Shown here: piece by piece, positions 35,812 through 46,671 of the stretch
Layout: the number at the start of each line of letters is the position of its first letter
How positions within the stretch are numbered: position 1 is the first letter of the stretch
From: an uncultured Planctomycetota bacterium
GTDB taxonomy: Bacteria > Planctomycetota > Planctomycetia > Isosphaerales > Isosphaeraceae
Length of the DNA stretch: 64,000 nt
NCBI GenBank assembly: GCA_963845755.1
Contig: CAWJTV010000036.1
Location: 384,001-448,000 of the forward strand
Reading direction: 5' to 3'
Position numbers and translations under genes: made by a program
The notes under the pieces: generated by a model
Database searches by the model: none
What the model was told of the DNA's origin: nothing
The model's input: the letters and a program-made list of their open reading frames with translations, nothing else

Positions 35812-35985
35812 ATGAGCATCCCGCATTTCAACGCACAAGTCTCACTCGATCAGACGGGCCAGCGGCATTATCGAGCGGGCGCTGGTGTGTTCGTTCCGGC
35901 GAGCGTTCACCCTTCCAGCGCGACTTGCATCTCTACCTGACGACGGAACTGTGGAAACGACGCTGAATGTTCGGCCTGTTGTCGC
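35812..35985 (+). pseudogene. Cys-rich peptide precursor 1, in-frame TGA and apparently truncated
   Basis: MSIPHFNAQVSLDQTGQRHYR...TCIST-TGA-RRNCGNDAECSACC; RBS-like AGGGGA upstream; leader resembles the peptide at 36306. Confidence 0.55.
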
Positions 35986-35987
35986 TT

Positions 35988-36278
35988 CAAATCGCCGACA
36001 ACGCCGGTGGAACCGACGAACCCCGCGCGCTCAATGACCTGGCTGTGCGGAACGATCAGATTTTCGCGTTGGTCACCGAGCAATTCGGTTACAATCGCTC
36101 GCTCAGCGCGGTGGACCTCCAACCGTCTTCATTGAGAGGAATCCGCAAGATCGTCGAACTCATCGTTTCGTTCGTCCGTCGCGAGACGGACGTGATCGAC
36201 AAGTATTTCGTCCGTGTCAACGTCACTGAACCGTTTCCTTTCCTCGTCTCGAAACTCACGCCGTACTACGCCCACCAG
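35988..36278 (+). pseudogene. Cyanobactin PatG/PatA C-terminal-domain-like fragment
   Basis: IADNAGGTDEPRALNDLAVR...RKIVELIVSF..RETDVIDKYFVRVNVTEPFPFLVSKLTPYY resembles the PatG C-terminus as I recall it (EKYFVRVDVTEEFPFLVTKLSPYYDR). Confidence 0.7.
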
Positions 36279-36305
36279 GTTTGCGTGGTACAGGAGAGAC
36301 TGACC

Positions 36306-36554
36306 ATGAGACTCCCGGGATTCACTGCCTCTGTGTCGTTGAGCCAGTCCACAACTCACTACGAGGCTTCGCCGCTCATAACGCGGGCATTTGTCGCGAA
36401 GGCGACCTCCGACACGGTGCGAGCGGCTCTGTCGTCATTCGGTTCGGCGTGCAACTGCAACCCTCCTCCAGGCGGGTGCTGCCACGGCGATTCACAAGGG
36501 GACCCCTGCGTCTGCTGCCGAATCGGCAATCATGTCCGCTGTATATATATCTAG
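36306..36554 (+). CDS. 82-aa Cys-rich peptide precursor 2 (8 Cys in C-terminal core)
   Basis: RBS AGGAG; MRLPGFTASVSLSQSTTHYE...CNCNPPPGGCCHGDSQGDPCVCCRIGNHVRCIYI-stop. Confidence 0.7.
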   Translation: MRLPGFTASVSLSQSTTHYEASPLITRAFVAKATSDTVRAALSSFGSACNCNPPPGGCCHGDSQGDPCVCCRIGNHVRCIYI

Positions 36555-36581
36555 CATATTCGCTTTTCTGTTGACACTTGT

Positions 36582-36880
36582 CCTAACGCGGCCTTCGGCC
36601 GCAACCCCATCGGGATTCCCGATTCGAGATTCCGGATTCCCGAAGGGGAAGGATCCGGGAATCCGGAATCTCGAATCCGGAATTCGGAATCCCCAGAGGC
36701 GCGCACGGCGCAGGGAGCCTACGGAGGACGACTCTAACGCGGCCTTCGGCCGCAACCAAAAGTGGGATTCCCGATTCGCGATTCCGGATTCCCGAAGGGG
36801 GATGATTCGGGAATCTCGAGTCTGGAATTCGGAATCCTCCGATGCGCGGCACGGCGCAGGGATCCTACGAAGGAAGACTC
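36582..36880. repeat. Two tandem copies of a ~151-bp modular palindromic element
   Basis: Each: CTAACGCGGCCTTCGGCCGCAACC + inverted heptamer arrays (GGATTCC / GGAATCC) + GCACGGCGCAGGGA.CCTACG.AGG. Confidence 0.85.
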
Positions 36881-37031
36881 CAAGGCAAGGCCCGATCAAA
36901 CGGGGCCCGGCTGCACAAGACGAGCGGTCATGCGATAATCTTACGGATCCGGTTCGTGGCCCGGTGGGAGGACACCGACGTCGGAGTCCAGACACCCGTG
37001 GGCCTCGCCGGACGGCCGGGAGATCATTCGC

Positions 37032-40000
37032 ATGGCGCCCGTCGATCCCGAGCGCAACCTCCTCCTCGGTTTGCTCGCCTTGCAGGTCGGCCTCATCGAT
37101 CAGGGCCAACTCGTCGCCGCCTTCCAGGCCTGGACGCGCGACAAGGCGCGCCCCCTTGCCGACCACCTCATCGACCGCGGCGACCTGGACGCCGACCAGC
37201 GCGGCGTGATCGAGGCGATGGTTGTCCTGCACCTCAAGAAGCACGGTGGGAGTCCGGAGAAGAGCCTCGCCACCATCCCCGCCGGCCGATCCGCCCGCGA
37301 GGCCCTCACACTCCTCGCCGACCCCGACGTCGAGGCCACACTCGACCACCTCGGCACCGGCTCGGAGCCCACCGAGACCGACGTCGGTCCCACCTCCGAC
37401 CGCACCGCCACGCTCTCGGTCGGCTCGGCCACCTCCGACGGTCAGCGGTTCCACGTCCTGCGCCCGCATGCCAGGGGTGGCCTCGGTGTCGTCTTCGTGG
37501 CCCTCGACCGCGAGCTGAACCGCGAGGTGGCGCTGAAGCAGATCCTCGACTCCCACGCCGACGACCCCGTCAGCCGCCAGCGATTCCTGCTCGAAGCCGA
37601 GGTCACGGGCGGCCTGGAGCATCCCGGAATCGTGCCGGTCTACGGCCTGGGAACCTACGCCAGTGGCCGGCCCTATTACGCCATGCGATTCATCCGGGGT
37701 GATTCCCTCAAGGAGGCCATCGACCGCTTCCATCATGAGCAGGCTTTGAAAAGCGATACTCGGCCGACGTTCCCTCGAGCTGCGCAAGCTTCTGCGACGC
37801 TTCCTCGATGTGTGTAACGCCATCGACTACGCCCATTCGCGCGGCGTCCTCCACCGCGACATCAAGCCGGCGAACATCATCGTTGGCAAGCACGGCGAGA
37901 CCCTGATCGTCGACTGGGGACTGGCCAGGGCGCGAGGTCGGGCCGACGCCGGTACCGCGGACGAGCGGCCGCTCATGCCCAGCCCGGCCAGCGGGTCGTC
38001 CGAGACGCTGCCCGGCAGCGCACTGGGAACGCCGGCGTACATGAGCCCGGAGCAAGCCCGCGGCGACCTGGAGCGTCTGGGCCCGCGGTCAGACGTCTAT
38101 AGCCTGGGGGCGACGCTCTACTGTTTACTGACGGGAAAGCCGCCGTTCGAAGGCGACGTGAACGACGTGATCGCGGACGTGCAGCGGGGCGCGTTCCCGC
38201 CGCCCCGGTCTCTCGTCCCGTCGATCGACCGGGCGCTGGAGGCGGTTTGTCTCAAGGCGATGTCCTTGGATCCGGCGGACCGCTACGCAACCTCCAAGTC
38301 GCTCGGCGAGGACGTGGAGCGGTGGATGGCCGACGAGCCCGTGGCGGCTTATCGCGAATCCTGGACCCGGACGCTCACCCGCTGGCTGACGAGGCATCGG
38401 ACCGGAGTCACCGCGGTCGGTGCGGCCATGCTGGTGGCCCTGGCCGGTCTGGGGGCCGTACTGGGCGTGCAGGCGCGGGCCAATAGCCAGTTGATGGCCA
38501 AGAACGCCGAACTGGACGTCGGATTCCGCCGCGAAGCCGAGGTTCGCAAGGAGGCCGAGACCAACTTCAACATGGCCCTCAAGGCCGTAGACGACTACTT
38601 GACGAGCGTCAGTGAAAACACACTCTTCAAGCTCCAGGATTCCGTCGATATTCGCAGACTTCGCCAGGAGCTGCTCAATTCCGCGCTCGAGTACTACAAG
38701 GGCTTCGTCAACCAGCGGAGCCAGGATCCACTCCTCCGCCGACAACTGGCGCGCGCCTACTTTCGGGTGGGACAGATCACCCAGGAAGTCGAATCACCGA
38801 ACCAGGCGATCGAGGCTTACTCACCAGGCCCAGGCCATCTGGGAACCGCTCGTCGCGACTCGTCCCGACGACCATGAGCTTCAAGGCGACCTGGGCGCAT
38901 CGTACCTGGCCGTCGGTAAGCTGCAGGACACGGCCCCCAACCTCGATCTTGATGGGGCGACGAAGTCGCTCACGCGAGCACGTGCGATCCTGGAGCCGCT
39001 CGCGGCGGCGTACCCGCTCGAGCCGGGTTACCAGTCGAGTTTGGCCGATTGCTATTCGGAAATCGCCGCGATCCAGGCGAGGAGGGAACAGCCCGGCGAG
39101 AGCCTGGTCCTCCTCGAGAAAGCCAAAGCCATCGAGAAAGGCTTGATCAAAGGATACCCGAATAAGCATGCCTACCAAAAAAGTCTGGCGGAGATCACCA
39201 ACGTCCTCGGGTACGCATACTACAAACGGCGCAACAGCAACGAAGCGCTCGAGTCGTTTCGCGAGGTCCAGAACATCTGCCTGACCGTCTTGAAACAAGT
39301 GAAAGTCGGCCCCAAACCTCTCTGGCTCTTGAACCTGATGGCGCTGAGTCATTCCAACATCGGCTGGATTCACAAGGAGAAGGAGGAGATCGATGATGCG
39401 CTCAAGTCTTTAGAACAATCACTTGATTATCGATATGCTCTGGTCGATTCCCACCCGTCGGTCACCGAGTACAAGGCCAAGCTGGGATTGAGTTGTCGCG
39501 AGGTCGCCCAGGTCCAGCACGAAGCCCATGAGGACACCAAGGCGTTCCAGTCGATCCAACGGTCCGTAGACGTCCTCAAAGCCCTGGTTCGCGAGCAGCC
39601 CGACCAGGCGGGTTATCGCTGCGAGCTCGGCCTGAGCTGGAACTACCTCGGCGTCCTGTACGACGAGGATCGGAAGAATATCGAGGCGCTCGCCGCGTTC
39701 GAGCAAGCCGTGGCCGAACAGCAACAGGCCGTCGACAAGGCGAAGGAGGTCGACGGGTACCGAGCCTATCTCGCCAATCACCTCGACAATCTCGGCGAGC
39801 AATTCGTGGACCTCGGGCGTGTCGCCGAAGGACTGGCACGCTACCGGCGTTCCCTGCGGCTGTTCCGCGAGCTCAACGCGGCTCATCCGGGAATCCGCTA
39901 TTACTCCCTCGAGGTCTTGAAGTCGTTGATCCGGCAGGGAACGATCGAGCGCCACGATGGCGACTCGGCCGCCGCACGGAAGACGTTTACTGACGCGCGA

Positions 40001-40663
40001 ACGATCCTGGATCGCTGGTCGGCCGCCACGCCGGGAGACGCCGCGCTGCGAGTTCTGCTCGGCGCGGCGCTCGACCGAGAAGCGAACACGCTGTTCGATC
40101 AAGGACTCGCGGTAGAGGCCAAGCAACGGCTCGAACGAGCTCTGGTGATGTTGCGACCTGAAGTGAATCCCGCGACGTCCGACAAAGAGGGCAGCGAAGA
40201 ACGCCGATCACGCCGCGAGGTGCAGTACGTCCTGGGGCTCGCGCCTCGGGTCGATGAGGCGGGCGTTGAGGAACGCCGATGGCGCAGCGAGGTGCTTTGG
40301 GACCTGGCCCATGTCCTTCGCGCCCTCAAGTTGCTCGCGGATGCCGAGAAGGCCGATGGCGACCGTGTGGCCTTGTGGCAAGAGCGTCCGCCCACGGAGT
40401 TGGTCAACCTGGCCTTCAGGCAGTTGGAGAGGGCCCTCGTGATCGGCTACGGCAAGACGTCCATTTCCGATCGGGCCAGAGCCGTCCGCGACCTCGATCT
40501 CGACCAGGCCGCCGCCAATCTCCGCCTGGCAATCGCGCGGGGCTTCCGAGACCTCCGCATGATCCAGTCCCATCCCGACTCCCAAGTCCTCCTCTCACGG
40601 GAAGATCTCAAATTACCAATCATGGATATGGCCTTTCCGGCTCGGCCCTTTGGGGACCAATAG
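37032..40663 (+). CDS. Ser/Thr protein kinase with TPR-like region (frameshifts ~37765, ~38820)
   Basis: Same kinase motifs as the gene at 34232; ends ...PIMDMAFPARPFGDQ. Confidence 0.9.
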
Positions 40664-40858
40664 GCCCTTGGCTCATGGGCCGAAATCGGTAATCGCCTGT
40701 ACCAATGAGATTTGTAGGGTGGGTCTTTGTGTAGACTAGTAGGACACTTGGGTGGCCCGGGCGAGAGATCGGCCCGTGATCGTCCGGGACCGCCGCTGGT
40801 CCGCCCGAGCACTCGCCCGCCTGGCGAGGTCCCCATTCGTCCGGAGACAAGGTGACCC

Positions 40859-41801
40859 ATGATCTGTCGCAGCGAACTGAAGCGGCTCCAGGGCCAGCAG
40901 GATTACCCGTCGCTTTCCCTGCTCGCCCCCACCCACCGAACGGCTCCCGCGACCCACAAGGATCGGATCGTCGTGAAGAACCTCGCTGAGCAAGGGCTGA
41001 GGCGCCTCGAGAGCGAGTTCAAGAAGCGCGAGGTCGCGGCCCTGGTCCAGAACCTGAACCGGCTCGTCGACCACGTGGACTGGGAGCATTCACTCGATGG
41101 CCTGGCCCTGTTCGCGAGCCGGGACGTGGCAACCGCGGTTCACCTCCCGTTCCGCCCGAGGGCGAGGATTGTGATCGACGCGACGTTCGCAACCCGCGAC
41201 CTGGTCTATGCGCTCAACCGGGCCCCGTGCTACCGGGTCCTCGTGTTGACCGAGAAACCGACGCGGCTGTTCGACGCGTCGACCAACGTCCTGACCGAAT
41301 ACGCCGCCAAGCCCTTCCCGATGGTCCACAAGGGTCGCGGCGGGGCGTCCCGACTCCCGGGGGGCCAGGGGATCCAAGGATCCCAACGCGATCGTCGGCG
41401 TCCTGGCCGGAAGCCATGACGACCCGAACCCCACCGCCCTCGGCAGGCTCGTCTGGCCCATCTTCAAGTCGGGTGCGACCCTGAGGCGGACCCGGGCGCT
41501 GGCCCGACTCCACGAGGCGGTGAGCGTCAACCGCCACGCGTCAGGGATCGATCAGGTGTGGCGGGCCGCCCTCGAGAAACGCTGCCAGATCCTGCTGGTC
41601 GAGACCGACTTCGAACATCCCGCGGACCTGAGCCCTCAGGGTGATCGCCTACTCCCCTACACCGGCCGAGGGGCGGCGTCCCTGGATGACGCCGTGGACG
41701 AGGTGATCGAGAGGGTCATCGCCGCCGGCGGCGAGGTGTTCTTCTACGACCCGGGCGTCCTCGACCTCCACCAGCGGATCGCGGCCGTGCTCCGCTACTG
41801 A
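40859..41801 (+). pseudogene. Bacterial archaeo-eukaryotic release factor family (baeRF3-like) protein with apparent internal deletion
   Basis: SLSLLAPTHRTAP...DRIVVKNL, DGLALFAS, TFATRDLVYALNR..YRVLVL, C-terminal DDAVDEVIERVIAAGGEV...IAAVLRY; frame break near 41380. Confidence 0.65.
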
Positions 41802-41941
41802 GTTGACCGTGGGGCCGAGGAGATCGGAGGGCGGGAAGCGACCGCCCGAGAACCACGATGAACCCATGTTCGCGCGGGCATCACTCCGATTCGCGGGGCG
41901 TCTGTTACTGCACGCTGCCGTAAGTCGAGAAGGACCCTTTT

Positions 41942-42200
41942 CCTAACGCGGCCTTCGGCCGCAACCCAAGAGGGATTGAGGATTCCCAATTCCGGATTCC
42001 GGATTCCCAATTCCGGATTCCCAATTCCGGATTCCGGATTCCCAATTCCGAATTCCGGATTCCGGATTCCCAATTCCGAATTCCGGATTCCGGATTCCCA
42101 ATTCCGAATTCCGGATTCCGGATGAAGAGGGATTCGGGAATCGGGAATTCGGAATCAAGGATCCCCCAGATGGCGGCACGGCGCAGGGATTCTACGGAGG
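41942..42200. repeat. Third copy of the modular element, with the heptamer array expanded to ~20 units
   Basis: Same head and tail as 36582-36880; GGATTCC/CAATTCC/GAATTCC run 41980-42123. Confidence 0.85.
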
Positions 42201-42451
42201 TAGAGTCTGAACTGGCACGATTCGTGCAGATCATCGAGCGGAAGGGGTGAGCGAGGAAAGGTGCGAAGGGCCACAGGCTGCGCCCGGCTTCGACGGCCCA
42301 AGCCAGAACTTGGTATGCGAATTGCTACGAGACCGATCACCCGATATCCGGATCGGTCGGAGTACCGGCATTCAGCACCCACGCCGTGCGAGAGCGAGGT
42401 TCCATGGACGACCTCCGAGGGCTCGGCCTCATGAAAGCTAAAGGGTGATCG

Positions 42452-43960
42452 ATGGGACGGCTGCAGGACGCTGACAGTGAATACATCTCGACCGGTATCC
42501 TTGGGCTCGATCACATCCTCGGCGGCGGTTTCCTCCGCGAAGGGTTCTATCTCCTCCAAGGAGATCCGGGCTCCGGCAAGACGACCCTTGCGCTCCAGTA
42601 CCTTATGTCGTGCGCCCGCAATGGCGAGCGGGGCCTCTACATCACCCTGACCGAGACCCGGAGCGATATCGAACGCGCCTGTCGCTCGCACGGCTGGACC
42701 CTCGACGCCATCGAAGTCAGCGACATGACGCGGTCCGACTTCAACGTTAGCGGCGAGTCCCATTACGTCGTCTTCCACCCGTCCGAGGTCGAGCTGGGCG
42801 AGACGACGCGGCAGATCATCGCCGAGGTCGAACGCATCAAGCCCAGGCACGTCGTCTTCGACGGGCTCTCGGAATTGCGGCTCCTGGCCGCCGACTCGTT
42901 GCGCTATCGCCGTCAGCTCCTCTCCCTCAAGCATTACTTCGAAGAGCAGAAGATCACGGTGCTGATGCTCGACGACCGGACGAACCCCCTGGGGCAGATC
43001 CAGCCCGAGAGCCTCGTCGGTGGCAACATCGTCATGGAGAAGTATCTGCCCGGCTACGGCGGGGCCAGGCGGCGGCTGAATGTGACGAAGGTCCGCGGGG
43101 CCGACTTCCAGGATGGCTACCACGACTACGAGATCGTCCAGGGTGGGGTGGTGGTCCATCCGCGGCTCGTCGCGGCCGAGCACCACGAACGGTTCGAGCC
43201 GGAGATGTTCTCGAGCGGCATCGCGAATCTCGATCTCTTGACGCAAGGTGGCCTCCAGGCAGGCACGACGACGTTAGTCCTCGGGCCCGCGGGGGTCGGC
43301 AAGTCCACCATCGCCATGCAGTTCGTCGCCAAGGCCCTGGCCGCGGGGCGAAAGGCGGCGGTCTTCACCTTCGACGAGGTCATCGACACGCTCTTCTCCC
43401 GCTCGGAGAAGCTCTGCTCCAACGGTATCCGGCAATTCCTGGCGGACGGGCAGCTCCACGCCCAGCAGGTGGACCCGGCCGAGCTCTCCCCCGGCGCGTT
43501 CGCCGACAAGGTGACGCGGGTCGTCGCGGGCGGGGCGAAGCTCATCGTCATCGATAGCCTGAACGGATACATGTCGGCCATGCCCGAGGAGCGGTTTCTC
43601 ACGACGCACCTCCACGAGCTCTTCGCCTATCTGAACCAGCAGGGGATCGTGACCATCGTCGTCGTGGCCCAGCATGGCCTCCTCATGGCGAATTCGGCCG
43701 AGCTCGATGTGAGCTATCTCGCCGATACCGTGTTCCTCCTCCGCTACTTCGAGGTCGACGCCCAGATCCGCCAGGCGATCAGCGTCTTCAAGAAGCGGAC
43801 CGGCTCGCACGAGCGGTCGCTCCGCGAGCTGATGATCCGGAACGATGGCATCCAGGTGGGCGAGCCCCTGAAGGGCTTCCGGGGCATCATGACCGGCGTG
43901 CCCCAGTACGAAGGGGAGATCCGCCCGCTCCGAGAGGAGGGGAGGACGGATGCTGTCTAA
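42452..43960 (+). CDS. KaiC-like double RecA-fold ATPase
   Basis: Two Walker A motifs (GDPGSGKT, GPAGVGKS), VFDGLSE, VIDSLNG, SYLADTV. Confidence 0.9.
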   Translation: MGRLQDADSEYISTGILGLDHILGGGFLREGFYLLQGDPGSGKTTLALQYLMSCARNGERGLYITLTETRSDIERACRSHGWTLDAIEVSDMTRSDFNVSGESHYVVFHPSEVELGETTRQIIAEVERIKPRHVVFDGLSELRLLAADSLRYRRQLLSLKHYFEEQKITVLMLDDRTNPLGQIQPESLVGGNIVMEKYLPGYGGARRRLNVTKVRGADFQDGYHDYEIVQGGVVVHPRLVAAEHHERFEPEMFSSGIANLDLLTQGGLQAGTTTLVLGPAGVGKSTIAMQFVAKALAAGRKAAVFTFDEVIDTLFSRSEKLCSNGIRQFLADGQLHAQQVDPAELSPGAFADKVTRVVAGGAKLIVIDSLNGYMSAMPEERFLTTHLHELFAYLNQQGIVTIVVVAQHGLLMANSAELDVSYLADTVFLLRYFEVDAQIRQAISVFKKRTGSHERSLRELMIRNDGIQVGEPLKGFRGIMTGVPQYEGEIRPLREEGRTDAV

Positions 43961-45618
43961 TGACGCGGGCGGCCGCGATGCCGTCGGCGATCGTGTCTTG
44001 ATGCTCGCCCCGACGCTGCGGGATGCGGCCATGGCCCGGAACATCTTGACCGAGTCCGGCTTCGTGTCGGAAGTCTTCGAGGTGTATGAAGACCTGGGCC
44101 CGGCCGTGGAGGAAGGGGCCGGAGCGGTCATCCTGATGGAAGAATTCTTCGCGTCGAAGGACGCCGCGGCCTTCCTGGGAATGCTCGGGCGGCAGCCCGC
44201 ATGGTCGAGCCTGTCGCTGATCGTGCTCTCGGCGGGGAAGGACCACCTCTGGAAGGCGCAGTCCGTCCTCAAATCGTTCGCGAATGTCGTCCTCGTCGAG
44301 CGGCCCGTCCGCATCGAGCCGCTGCTCAGTGCCGTCAGGGCGGCCCTGGCGGCCCGGCGAAGGCAGTACGAGATCCGCGACAACATCGAGGAGATGAAGC
44401 GGTCGGCCGAGGAGCGGAACCGGCTCTACCAGGCCGCCGAGGCGGCGAGGGCGGAGGCCGAGGCCGCGAACCGGATGAAGGACGAGTTCCTGGCCACCCT
44501 CTCCCACGAGCTGCGGACCCCGCTCAACGCCATCATCGGCTGGGCGAGGATCCTCCGCACCGGCAAGGTCGACGACGCGGACCGGGAAGAGGGCCTCTCG
44601 GCGATCGAGCGGAATTCTCAGATCCAGGCCCAGCTCATCGAGGACCTGCTCGACATCTCGCGCATCATCTCGGGCAATTTGCGGCTCGAAGTCCAGCGGC
44701 TGGACCTCATCGTCGTCATCGAGGCGGCGGTGGCCGCCGTCATGCCGGCGGTCAGCGCCCGTGGAATCCGCGTTCACAAGGTGCTCGACTCCCTGGCCGG
44801 TCCGGTTATGGGTGACGCCGCCCGGCTCCAGCAGATCGTCTGGAACCTGCTCTCCAACGCGGTGAAGTTCACGCCCAAGGGCGGCAAGGTGCAGGTGCTC
44901 CTGGAGCGGGTCAACTCGCACGTTGAGGTGAGCGTCATCGACACCGGCATGGGCATCAAGCCGGAGTTCCTGCCGCACGTCTTCGACCGTTTCCGCCAGG
45001 CCGACGCCAGCACGACGAGACGATACGGCGGCCTCGGGTTGGGCCTCGCCATCGTCAAGCAGCTCGTCGAGATGCACGGCGGGAGCATCCGGGCCAAGAG
45101 CCCCGGCGAGGGCCAGGGAGCGACCTTCACCGTGACGCTTCCCATCGCGGTCGTCCATGCCGATCGGCCCGAGACGAGGCAAGCCCGCCCCAAAGAGGAA
45201 GAGCCGGCGGAGGATTATTGCCAGGGTGGGGCCTTGAAGGGCCTGAGAGTGCTCGTCGTCGACGACGAGCCGGATGCCCGGCAGATCATCCGCCGGGTGC
45301 TCATCGAGTGCGAGGCGGAAGTGGTCGTCGCGGCGACTCCGGCCGAAGGCCTGGGCCTCATCGCGACGTTCCAGCCCCATGTGATCGTGAGCGATGTAGG
45401 CATGCCCGAGGAAGATGGGTATGATTTCATCAGGCAGGTGAGGGCAAGTTACTCGGCGAAGGAACTCCCGGCCGCGGCCCTGACGGCATTCGCCAGGGTC
45501 GAGGATCGGAAGCGGGCGCTGCGGGCCGGCTTCCAGACCCACGTGGCGAAGCCGGTTCGACCCCGAAGAATTGACGGCCGTCATCGCCAGCCTTGCCGGG
45601 AGGACAGGCCACGCATAG
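43950..45618 (+). CDS. Hybrid sensor histidine kinase (frameshift in the last ~25 codons)
   Basis: LSHELRTPLNAI, NLLSNAVKFT, DTGMGI, GGLGLGL, receiver VLVVDD...SDVGMP; corrected end ...SLAGRTGHA-stop. Confidence 0.9.
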
Positions 45619-45645
45619 GAACCGGGAAAACAGGAGGTTTCGATC

Positions 45646-46041
45646 ATGAGCGAGACAGACGGCCGCGTCCCAGGGAAGCGCGTGCTGATCGTCAACGACA
45701 GCGTTGACACGGCCAAGATGATGAGCCTCCTCCTCAACCTCGAAGGGTTCGAGACGCGGACTGCCTTTGACGGAGTGAAGGCCCTCGAGGTGGCGTTCGA
45801 ATTCCTGCCCGAAGTCGTGTTGCTGGACCTGACTCTGCCAGGGAAGACCGGTCAGGAGGTCGCGCTGGAGCTGCGCGAGAATAACGCCACGGCCGGGGCG
45901 CTGATCATCGCCATCTCGGGATATGGGGACCAGGACGCCCCGCCGGGGTGCGATCGCCTGCTGGTCAAGCCCGTGGATCATCGCGTCTTGCGTGCGCTGC
46001 TCGACGCACCCGCGGTTGAGCACGGCCTGCCCCTCGCTTGA
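45646..46041 (+). CDS. Single-domain response regulator
   Basis: VLIVNDSVD, LLDLTLPG, AISGYG, LVKPVD. Confidence 0.88.
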   Translation: MSETDGRVPGKRVLIVNDSVDTAKMMSLLLNLEGFETRTAFDGVKALEVAFEFLPEVVLLDLTLPGKTGQEVALELRENNATAGALIIAISGYGDQDAPPGCDRLLVKPVDHRVLRALLDAPAVEHGLPLA

Positions 46042-46097
46042 CCACGACGGAAAGGTCAGAGGCCGTCTGCCCGGACATCCCCCGGCGGGGCGACTTA

Positions 46098-46216
46098 GAG
46101 TCTGTCCCAGAAGGCGCCGGTCCGGGCGAGCGGGGGGCGTCAGCCCCCTGTCTTGGAGGTCCGTCGCTCACCGGACAGGTGGCTGACGCCCCCGCTCGCC
46201 CTTCTGGAACAGACTC
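46098..46216. mobile_element. 119-bp MITE-like element with TTA direct repeats
   Basis: Terminal inverted repeats GAGTCTGT(C/T)CCAGAAGG, flanking TTA on both sides, internal long hairpin. Confidence 0.7.
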
Positions 46217-46256
46217 TTATTCCTTTTGAGGTCGATACTCCGTTTCACGAGGGCGC

Positions 46257-46316
46257 TTGACAGGCAATCCGCCGCGGTCTATATAACCACTAGATTAGAT
46301 AATCGAAATGTTATAT
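46257..46316 (+). promoter_or_regulatory. Sigma70-type promoter overlapped by a likely ArsR operator
   Basis: TTGACA-N17-TATATA; inverted repeat ATATAAC-N22-GTTATAT (46281-46316) just before the ArsR start. Confidence 0.7.
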
Positions 46317-46320
46317 AAAC

Positions 46321-46671
46321 ATGGCAACGGATACCTTGAGCAGCACCTTCGCGGCTCTGGCCGACCCCACGCGCCGCGCGATCCTCGCACGGCTTGCCGC
46401 GGGCCCGGCGACCGTCAAGGACCTCTCGGCGCCGTTCGCGATGAGCGGTCCTGCGATCTCCAAGCACCTCCGGGTCCTCGAGCGGGCCGGCCTGATCGCG
46501 CGCGGCCGGGAGGCGCAATGGCGCCCCTGCCGTCTGGAGGCGGCGCCGCTGAAAGAGGTCGCCGACTGGGCCGAGAACTATCGTCGCTTCTGGGAGGCGA
46601 ACTACCAACGACTCGATGAGTACCTCGAACACATGAAAGAGAAGGAGCGGAATCATGGACACGGCGAATAA
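46321..46671 (+). CDS. ArsR/SmtB-family transcriptional regulator
   Basis: FAALADPTRRAILARL, AISKHLRVLERAGLI. Confidence 0.92.
   Translation: MATDTLSSTFAALADPTRRAILARLAAGPATVKDLSAPFAMSGPAISKHLRVLERAGLIARGREAQWRPCRLEAAPLKEVADWAENYRRFWEANYQRLDEYLEHMKEKERNHGHGE

Noticed and set aside
35967..36554. Single 195-aa protein
   Set aside because: Better explained as a PatG_C-like fragment reading through into a separate peptide gene with its own RBS and ATG at 36306.
41795..42234. ORFs with [14 protein letters not shown] repeats
   Set aside because: Translations of the heptamer DNA repeat.
42452..43960. Circadian clock
   Set aside because: No kaiA/kaiB here; KaiC-like ATPase plus histidine kinase operons are common signalling modules.
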